Part shown: piece by piece, positions 57,582 through 64,000 of the stretch
Position numbering within the stretch: position 1 is the stretch's first letter
How the letters are laid out: each line of letters opens with the position of its first letter
Origin: Acidobacteriaceae bacterium
GTDB lineage: Bacteria; Acidobacteriota; Terriglobia; Terriglobales; Acidobacteriaceae
DNA length: 64,000 nucleotides
Direction of reading: 5' to 3'
Assembly (NCBI GenBank): GCA_003151335.1
Contig: PLXE01000112.1
Span: 2,981-66,980 of the forward strand
Position numbers and translations under genes: made by a program
Notes under the pieces: generated by a model
Databases searched by the model: none
What the model was told of the DNA's origin: nothing
Seen by the model: the letters and a program-made list of their open reading frames with translations, nothing else

Positions 57582-58523
57582 ATGACTCTCGTGCGCCGTA
57601 GACCGATCCCGTTTTTGCCTGTCTTCCTCATGGCTTGGTGTTTGACCGCCACCCTTCCAGCGCAGGAACACCCCAGCAACCCGAGTCCCACGGCATCGGC
57701 GGCGCTCCCAGGCTCAACCGGCGGCCAGTATGCCGAGACCGACATTTGCCAGACGTGCCACCAGGAAGTCTGGGACAAGCACTTTGCCAACACTCCGCAC
57801 GCGGCGTTACTCAAAGGCAACCAGCACGGATGCCAGGCTTGTCACGGTCCGGCGCAAGCCCATGTTGACGGCGGCGGCGATCCCACCAAGATCGTTCGCT
57901 TTGAGAAGCTGAGTCCGGCGGAGACAGCAGCGATCTGTACGAAGTGCCACCAGTCGACCCCGGAAACGCAGAATTTCTCCAAGTCCGAACACCTGGCGAA
58001 TGGCGTCAGTTGCACCAGCTGTCACAGTCCGCACCGATCCAAGGACGTCAACTTCCTGCTGGTGAAACCGCAGACTGAGCTGTGCTACGGATGCCACGCC
58101 GCGCAGAAGGCCGAATTTGCCCGGCCCTATCGCCACCGCGTCGATGTCGGACTCATCCAATGCAGCGACTGCCACAATCCTCACGGCACCGAGACCGGTC
58201 ACCAGGTGCGAGCTGCCGCCGGTCAATTCAAGGTTTGCACCAAATGCCACACTGACACCATGGGGCCGTTCGTCTTCGAACATGCCCCGGTGAAGACTGA
58301 CGAAAGCTGCCTGCAATGTCATATGCCACACGGTTCTACGAATCCGCGTTTGCTGCAGGTCAACAACGTCAACTTTCTTTGCCTTCGCTGCCATACGGCG
58401 AATATGAATGGAGCAGCGCCAGGCGCGCCCTCGTTCCACAACCAGGCCACCAAGTATCAGGCGTGCACGATGTGCCACACGCAAATCCATGGTTCCAACT
58501 TCGATCCCTTCTTCTTCCGGTAG
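57582..58523 (+). CDS. MtrA/DmsE/MtoA-family periplasmic decaheme c-type cytochrome
   Basis: ATG at 57582 follows AGGAG, with a signal peptide, MTLVRRRPIPFLPVFLMAWCLTATLPA. There are ten CXXCH motifs in 313 aa (CQTCH, CQACH, CTKCH, CTSCH, CYGCH, CSDCH, CTKCH, CLQCH, CLRCH, CTMCH). Confidence 0.88.
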   Translation: MTLVRRRPIPFLPVFLMAWCLTATLPAQEHPSNPSPTASAALPGSTGGQYAETDICQTCHQEVWDKHFANTPHAALLKGNQHGCQACHGPAQAHVDGGGDPTKIVRFEKLSPAETAAICTKCHQSTPETQNFSKSEHLANGVSCTSCHSPHRSKDVNFLLVKPQTELCYGCHAAQKAEFARPYRHRVDVGLIQCSDCHNPHGTETGHQVRAAAGQFKVCTKCHTDTMGPFVFEHAPVKTDESCLQCHMPHGSTNPRLLQVNNVNFLCLRCHTANMNGAAPGAPSFHNQATKYQACTMCHTQIHGSNFDPFFFR

Positions 58524-58535
58524 TGGGGGCATGAA

Positions 58536-60890
58536 ATGGGTTGTCAAAGAAGTTTCGGCGCTTGTTCTTTTGGATTGGCCCTGCTGGCGGTCTGCCTGTC
58601 TTTGATCTGCAACACGCTTGGGCAGAGCTCGGGCCAGACGGCAGCCTCCGCGTCTGCCGATTCGAGCTCGGGCGCAGGAGAGGGTAAAAAGATCGGTGAC
58701 TTTCAGGTAACGCAGTCCATCGAGCTGGGCGGCCGCATCTCCGAGGTCAATGGCAGCCAGCCGATGTACGACACCCTGGTCAATGACCAGAGCGGTGCTC
58801 GCATCCTGGAACAGTCGCTCACCATGCAGTCTCTGACACACGAGGACATTTTCGACACCCTGACGCTCAACAGCTTTGGATGGGGCGGCGATCCCCAGCA
58901 GGCGGCGCGCATGCGCGTGTCGAAATACCGCTGGTACACCTTCAGCGGCAGTTATCAGCACATGCAGAACTATTTTGATTACGACTTGTTTGCCAACCCG
59001 TTGAATCCGCCCACCGGTACGCCGTTCATTCCGATCCTGAACTCACCACACGGCTACTACAACCGGCAAAACCTTTACAACTTCGATCTTGTCGTGCTGC
59101 CGATGCACCGCTTATCGTTTCGGGCGGGCTACAACCGGAACCGCTTCGCGGGGCCTGCGTTCAGCAGCATCCATGAAGGTACGGAGGCACTGCTAAACGA
59201 GAATACTGACAATACGCTCAACGGATATCGCTTCGGCGCCGACTTCCGCGCCACCAAGAAGACCACCCTCAGTTACACGCAACTGCTTCAGTACTATGAT
59301 GGCGGGACGACTTATGGCCTGAACCCGTTCAATTCCTGGCCGCTTCCCAATGGCACGCCCGTCAGCTTGGGACTCTCCTGGTTCAACAGCGGAAGTCCCT
59401 GCGCGAAGCCGCTCAACAACGGGGTCGCCAATCCAACGTGCAATGGTTTTCTCGATTACAGCCTGGACCAGCACATAAACACATTTGTCCCAACCGAACA
59501 GTTCAACCTGACCTCCTCTTCGCTCAAATGGCTGGACTTCAATGGCCAGTTCCAGTACAGCCATGCGCAAATGAACACCCCGTTCACGGAAATTTTCCGT
59601 GGTTTAAGCAGCCGCACGGCGAGTCTCGGCTCCAACACAACAGGCAGTAGATCCGACGCCAAGTGGAATTCTTCTTCCGCAGACATTTCGGCTACGATTC
59701 ACGTCACCGATAAGCTCCGGCTGGTGGAAACCTTCCGCTTCCGCAATTTCAGTGTCGCCGGCGATTATTTTGATCTTCAGGCCAACTACTTCAACGCTGC
59801 CTCCTTCGGCTCCGCCTCGCTGCTCAATCCGGTGGCGATGTTTCCTGGCACGAATCTCTTCCACAATTCCAGTTCTCCTGCCGACATCATCAATGAGATG
59901 ACGATCAACATGATCGGCCAGAATACGAAGCAGAATGATTTCCAGGTGCAGTACGATGTATCGCGCTGGTTTGGAGTGCGCGCCGGGTTCGTGTGGGCCA
60001 ATTCCACCATTCAGCCTGGGAACACCTATCAAGCCGCTTTGGGAGACATTTATTACCCCAATCTACCCAATCGCGGCAATTGTGTCGGCTTACCGTTGAA
60101 CCCGGATGGCAGTTGCACGTTCAGCGGAGTCATTGCGCCGTTTGGCAGCCCGACCACCGAGACCAATAATTACTCCGGCGTGGTCGGGGCTTGGTTCCGG
60201 AAGGGAAGCACCCTGCATGCCAACCTCAATGCGAAATATGGCAGGGCTGACAATTGGATCTATCGCATCGATCCCCTGAGTTCTCTGAATGTTTCCGGAA
60301 ACGTGTCGTATTCGCCCCGCCCTTGGATGACGGTGGGCGCCAATCTTAATTTCCAGCAGGCCAGGAACAACACCAGCGACATCCGGTTCAGCCAGCACAA
60401 CTACTCGACGGTGCTCAACGCCATGATCAATCCCAACAAATACTGGGGACTGGACATGGCGTACAACTTCGATGCCATTCAGCAGAACATGTTCCTTTGC
60501 TTTGCTGGAACGGTGGCCCCGCCGGACACCACCACCTGTGCCGAAGATCCCACGCTGCAGCAGACGTACGGTTTCTATCGCACCCGTACTCAGTTCGGTT
60601 ACTTCGCCTTGACGCTCACGCCCATCGAGCGCGTCACCATGCGCCTGGGATACAACATCGTCGACAACCAGGGCAACACGACCTCGCTCAATACGCTGCT
60701 GCCGTTGGGTCCCCTTTCCTCCATTTATCAGTCACCTCTTGCCGCAGTGGATGTCCTTGTCCACAAGGACGTCACGTTGAAAGCCGCCTGGAACTATTAT
60801 CAGTACGGCGAAGGATCGTTCGTAGGACCGACCGCCCCACGCTATTTCCATGCCAACAATACGACGCTGGCTCTGAGGTACGCCTTTTGA
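58536..60890 (+). CDS. MtrB/PioB-like large outer-membrane beta-barrel protein
   Basis: 784 aa. It starts 13 nt after the decaheme gene's stop and has a signal peptide. It has no heme motifs. It is rich in Y/N/G/S/T alternating segments and has a terminal ...TLALRYAF aromatic end typical of OM barrels. The assignment rests on context plus composition. Confidence 0.6.
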   Translation: MGCQRSFGACSFGLALLAVCLSLICNTLGQSSGQTAASASADSSSGAGEGKKIGDFQVTQSIELGGRISEVNGSQPMYDTLVNDQSGARILEQSLTMQSLTHEDIFDTLTLNSFGWGGDPQQAARMRVSKYRWYTFSGSYQHMQNYFDYDLFANPLNPPTGTPFIPILNSPHGYYNRQNLYNFDLVVLPMHRLSFRAGYNRNRFAGPAFSSIHEGTEALLNENTDNTLNGYRFGADFRATKKTTLSYTQLLQYYDGGTTYGLNPFNSWPLPNGTPVSLGLSWFNSGSPCAKPLNNGVANPTCNGFLDYSLDQHINTFVPTEQFNLTSSSLKWLDFNGQFQYSHAQMNTPFTEIFRGLSSRTASLGSNTTGSRSDAKWNSSSADISATIHVTDKLRLVETFRFRNFSVAGDYFDLQANYFNAASFGSASLLNPVAMFPGTNLFHNSSSPADIINEMTINMIGQNTKQNDFQVQYDVSRWFGVRAGFVWANSTIQPGNTYQAALGDIYYPNLPNRGNCVGLPLNPDGSCTFSGVIAPFGSPTTETNNYSGVVGAWFRKGSTLHANLNAKYGRADNWIYRIDPLSSLNVSGNVSYSPRPWMTVGANLNFQQARNNTSDIRFSQHNYSTVLNAMINPNKYWGLDMAYNFDAIQQNMFLCFAGTVAPPDTTTCAEDPTLQQTYGFYRTRTQFGYFALTLTPIERVTMRLGYNIVDNQGNTTSLNTLLPLGPLSSIYQSPLAAVDVLVHKDVTLKAAWNYYQYGEGSFVGPTAPRYFHANNTTLALRYAF

Positions 60891-60937
60891 CCCGCCGCAA
60901 ATCTGGCCGCTTGCCCACTCAAACTTCTTTGGCTTAA

Positions 60938-61076
60938 GGTGGGAACCGAAGTGGGCGTTCTGGGGAATAGAGGGCAGAGACGGTTCGCAATATCGACGCC
61001 TGATATGCGGCCTTCGATGTGAAGCCAGGAGAAACGCTCTACCTTGCGCCAGCTGATCGCGTACGGATTTTGGTAG
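60938..61076 (+). pseudogene. decayed remnant of an M13 peptidase 3' end
   Basis: 60973-61076 aligns by hand to 57118-57219 at about 85 of 102 positions. It has TGG->TGA, an in-frame TAG upstream and a 1-nt insertion before the stop. It translates as ..AETVRNIDA*YAAFDVKPGETLYLAPADRVRI.. Confidence 0.75.
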
Positions 61077-61101
61077 TCGTGGACTATCACTAGGAGGACG
61101 C

Positions 61102-61404
61102 ATGGCCAAATCCGAAAGACTTAGGCCCATTCATCCCGGCGAAATTCTGCGCGAAGATTTCATGAGGCCGCTGCGCATCAGCATGAACCGCCTCGCGCTT
61201 GACCTGCGTGTCCCCGTGACACGCATAGGTGAGATTGTGCATGAGCGGCGCGGCATCACTCCCGATACGGCGCTGCGACTGGGACGCTATTTCAACACCA
61301 GCGCGCGCTTCTGGATGAACGCCCAATCCAGCTACGACCTGGAAGTGGCGCAAGACGAACTGCGGCGCACCATCGAGCGCGACGTGCGTCCTCTGGTGGC
61401 ATAA
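61102..61404 (+). CDS. higA: HigA-family antitoxin (XRE HTH), no HigB partner
   Basis: 100 aa. IHPGEILREDFMRPLRISMNRLALDLRVPVTRIGEIVHERRGITPDTALRLGRYFNTSARFWMNAQSSYDL is the HigA/VapI pattern. AGGAGG lies upstream. Confidence 0.8.
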   Translation: MAKSERLRPIHPGEILREDFMRPLRISMNRLALDLRVPVTRIGEIVHERRGITPDTALRLGRYFNTSARFWMNAQSSYDLEVAQDELRRTIERDVRPLVA

Positions 61405-61589
61405 GCTGTTGTCCGCTTGGAGCAACGATTTCTCCAGTCGGTCTGAAGGATTCCGGTCGTGGTGACAAAGGGACGGTTGGCAAAGGCTCGGCGATGTCGG
61501 CGTGCGCTCGCTTTGCGGTTTGCAGAAACGCATGTTATCCTTGATCCCGTAACAACATACGATTAAAGAGTAGGAGCGCAGCTGATTCA

Positions 61590-61856
61590 GTGTTAGCCCC
61601 AGAGAAAAAAGCCGCTTTGATTGACCAACACCGCACTCATGCGACCGACACCGGTTCGCCCGAAGTGCAGATCGCGATCCTGAGTACACGGATTGGTGAA
61701 TTGACGGAGCATTTTAAGACGCATAAGAAGGACCACGCCTCCCGGCGCGGTCTTCTCATGATGGTGAGCCGGCGTCGTGGCCTGCTCGATTACCTCAGAA
61801 AGTCGGATACCGAACGGTATAAGACTGTCATTCAGAAGCTCGGCATCCGAAAGTAA
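61590..61856 (+). CDS. rpsO: 30S ribosomal protein S15
   Basis: GTG start. 88 aa. [49 protein letters not shown] is the S15 signature. Confidence 0.95.
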   Translation: MLAPEKKAALIDQHRTHATDTGSPEVQIAILSTRIGELTEHFKTHKKDHASRRGLLMMVSRRRGLLDYLRKSDTERYKTVIQKLGIRK

Positions 61857-62136
61857 CGAAGCCAGCCGTTTGCCAGCCCCTGAACAACGACGTTTCTGGC
61901 GTATGGTGCGTCGCTACATGCGTTCTGCACGGGCCCTCGCGGCGCTTCGGCGTCCCCGGGCTTTCGTCCAGTCTCTGTTGGCGGATGAGTTTTCCACTCC
62001 ATCTCCCGTCGTAGTTACGATCTCTGCTCGCCCGTGGCGCTAAGCGCGCGAGGCGAGGTGCATTCGGATTCGGATTCGATAACGGCGGCGAAGCGGGCCC
62101 CTATCGGTTGCGTTCGGAACGGAAGGAACTTAAGAA

Positions 62137-64000
62137 ATGAAACATGAAGTTACGGTTGAGCTGCACGGCGGCAAGTCCATCCACTTTGAAACCGGAAAAT
62201 TAGCCAAGCAGGCCCACGGTTCCTGCATTGTGCGCATCGGCGACAACGTTGTTCTCGCCACCGCCTGCGCCAACCCTGACCCCCGCGAGGGCATTGACTT
62301 CTTTCCCCTCACCGTCGATTACCGCGAGTACACCTACGCTGCCGGACGCATTCCTGGCGGCTTCATCAAGCGCGAAGGGCGGCCCAGCGAACGCGAAATT
62401 CTGACCAGCCGCCAAATTGACCGGCCCATCCGGCCGTTGTTCCCGGAAGGGTTCCGCTGCGAAACGCAAGTCATCGCGATGGTGCTTTCGGCTGATACCG
62501 AGAACGACCCCGATGTTGCCGGCATCAACGGCGCGTCGGTTGCGCTCAGCGTCTCCGACATTCCATTTCACGGACCCATCGGCGCCATTCGAGTCGGTCA
62601 GGTGGACGGAAATTTCGTCATCAATCCCACCTACGATGAGCAGCGCTCTGGCAAGCTGAACCTGATGGTGGTCGGCACCGCGGACGGCATTGTCATGATC
62701 GAGTCCGGCGCCAAGGAGGTTTCGGAAGAAACCGTGGTTGAGGCCATCGAATTCGGCCATGAGCAGATCAAGAAGATTTGCGCCGCGATCAGCGACCTCG
62801 CCAAGAAAGTTGGTAAGGCGAAGCGGACCGTCGAGCCGGTCGTGACTGACGAAGCCTATCTGAGCCAGCTTCGTTCCAAACTGGGCGATCGGTTGCTGGA
62901 TGCGATCAACACCGAGAAGCATCCCAAGAACGAAAGCTACTCGCTCATCAAGCAGCTCAAAGACGAGATCAAGAGCGCCATTCCCGAAGACGACGAAGCT
63001 GGGCGCAAGAAGGCCGGCAAGTATTTCGATCTGTTGCGTGAGCAGATCTTCCGCGAGCAGGTGATCAAAGACCGACGCCGTCCCGACGGGCGCAAGTTCG
63101 ACCAGATTCGCGACATCTGGATTGAAGTTGGGGTGCTGCCGCGCACTCACGGCTCGTCCATCTTTACTCGTGGCGAGACCCAGGCGCTGGTCACGACCAC
63201 ACTTGGCACCGGCGAAGACATGCAGCGCCTGGAGGCCTTCGAAGGCGAAGCCAAGAAGCGCTTCATGTTGCACTATAACTTCCCGCCCTTCTCGGTCGGC
63301 GAAGTCGCATTCCTGCGCGGAGCGGGCCGCCGCGAGATTGGGCATGGCGCGCTGGCGGAGCGTGCGTTATACGGCGTGCTGCCGTCAGAAGCCGACTGGC
63401 CGTACGCCATGCGCGTCGTCTCCGACATTTTGGAGTCGAACGGATCGTCCTCAATGGCCACGGTCTGCGGGGCCTCGCTCAGCATGATGGATGCCGGCGT
63501 TCCGCTGAAGGCCTCGGTGGCCGGAGTGGCCATGGGATTGGTGAAGGAAGACAAAGATTACGCCATCCTCACCGACATCGCCGGTGCGGAAGATCATTAC
63601 GGCGACATGGACTTCAAGGTGGCCGGCACTCGCGAGGGAATCACCGCGTTGCAGATGGACATCAAGGTGATGGGCATCACGGCGCAGATCATGCGCGAGG
63701 CGCTAGAACAGGCCCGCCACGGACGTCTGTTCATCCTCGACAAGATGAACGAAGTGATCGCGGAGCCGCGCACCACGATCAGCGAATTCGCGCCCCGCTT
63801 CTACACCTTGCAGATTCCGACCGACAAGATCCGCGACCTCATCGGGCCGGGCGGCAAGGTGATTCGCGGAATCATCGAGCAGACCGGCGTGAAGATCGAC
63901 GTGGAAGATACCGGCAAGGTGAATGTTTCGTCCAGCGATCAAGTAGCCGCGGCCAAGGCGCTGCAGATGATTGGCGACATCACGGCCACCGCTGAGGTGG
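62137..64000 (+). CDS. pnp: polyribonucleotide nucleotidyltransferase (3' end outside window)
   Basis: ATG at 62137 follows GGAAGGA. The hand translation MKHEVTVELHGGKSIHFETGKLAKQAHGSCIVRIGDNVVLATA...FFPLTVDYREYTYAAGRIPGGFIKREGRPSEREILTSR is the PNPase N-terminus. The frame is open to the window end, so it is not in the ORF track. Confidence 0.95.
   Translation, partial: MKHEVTVELHGGKSIHFETGKLAKQAHGSCIVRIGDNVVLATACANPDPREGIDFFPLTVDYREYTYAAGRIPGGFIKREGRPSEREILTSRQIDRPIRPLFPEGFRCETQVIAMVLSADTENDPDVAGINGASVALSVSDIPFHGPIGAIRVGQVDGNFVINPTYDEQRSGKLNLMVVGTADGIVMIESGAKEVSEETVVEAIEFGHEQIKKICAAISDLAKKVGKAKRTVEPVVTDEAYLSQLRSKLGDRLLDAINTEKHPKNESYSLIKQLKDEIKSAIPEDDEAGRKKAGKYFDLLREQIFREQVIKDRRRPDGRKFDQIRDIWIEVGVLPRTHGSSIFTRGETQALVTTTLGTGEDMQRLEAFEGEAKKRFMLHYNFPPFSVGEVAFLRGAGRREIGHGALAERALYGVLPSEADWPYAMRVVSDILESNGSSSMATVCGASLSMMDAGVPLKASVAGVAMGLVKEDKDYAILTDIAGAEDHYGDMDFKVAGTREGITALQMDIKVMGITAQIMREALEQARHGRLFILDKMNEVIAEPRTTISEFAPRFYTLQIPTDKIRDLIGPGGKVIRGIIEQTGVKIDVEDTGKVNVSSSDQVAAAKALQMIGDITATAEV

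Noticed and set aside
61513-61541. TTGCGG-17 nt-TATCCT upstream of rpsO, and a perfect TATAAT at 57476-57481 upstream of the decaheme gene
   Set aside because: These are plausible sigma-70-like hexamers. Promoter consensus in this lineage is uncertain, and single hexamer matches are expected by chance. They were left out of the feature list.

Overview
A 64 kb, high-GC chromosomal segment. It is most likely from an Acidobacteriota (Terriglobia-like) genome. That placement is an inference from an acidobacterial-type VWFA protein, a PEP-CTERM protein, YVTN and BNR propeller proteins, and several intergenic repeat families. All homology calls rest on motifs I recognise by eye in the ORF translations; no searches were run.

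Housekeeping genes are hpt (partial), glmS, purS, lpxD, ku, rarA, clpC, lolC/E and lolD, tRNA-Leu(CAG), rpsO and pnp (partial). There are also several enzymes, transporters and regulators.

Two regions look accessory.
- About 0.4-9.2 kb holds exported-protein genes: a YVTN propeller protein with a triple C-terminal module, a DUF2844/DUF3443 pair with pepsin-like motifs, an S74 tail-fibre-like protein, and a PEP-CTERM protein with a coupled small peptide gene. They are separated by a recurring bipartite hairpin element.
- About 49.8-61.1 kb carries 22 CXXCH heme motifs: two paralogous hexaheme c7-type cytochromes, plus an MtrA-like decaheme cytochrome coupled to an MtrB/PioB-like outer-membrane barrel. 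This pair sits between an M13 peptidase gene interrupted by one in-frame TAG and a decayed second copy of that gene's 3' end. I read this as a recombination or insertion scar around a porin-cytochrome electron conduit, and it is the strongest candidate system in the window.

Other notable items are three toxin-antitoxin loci (two orphan antitoxins and a phd/vapC pair splitting the lol operon), a DksA/TraR zinc-finger-PP2C fusion, and at least four intergenic repeat families. Some of these repeats supply terminal codons or a start codon to neighbouring genes. No rRNA, CRISPR array, transposase or integrase was seen.
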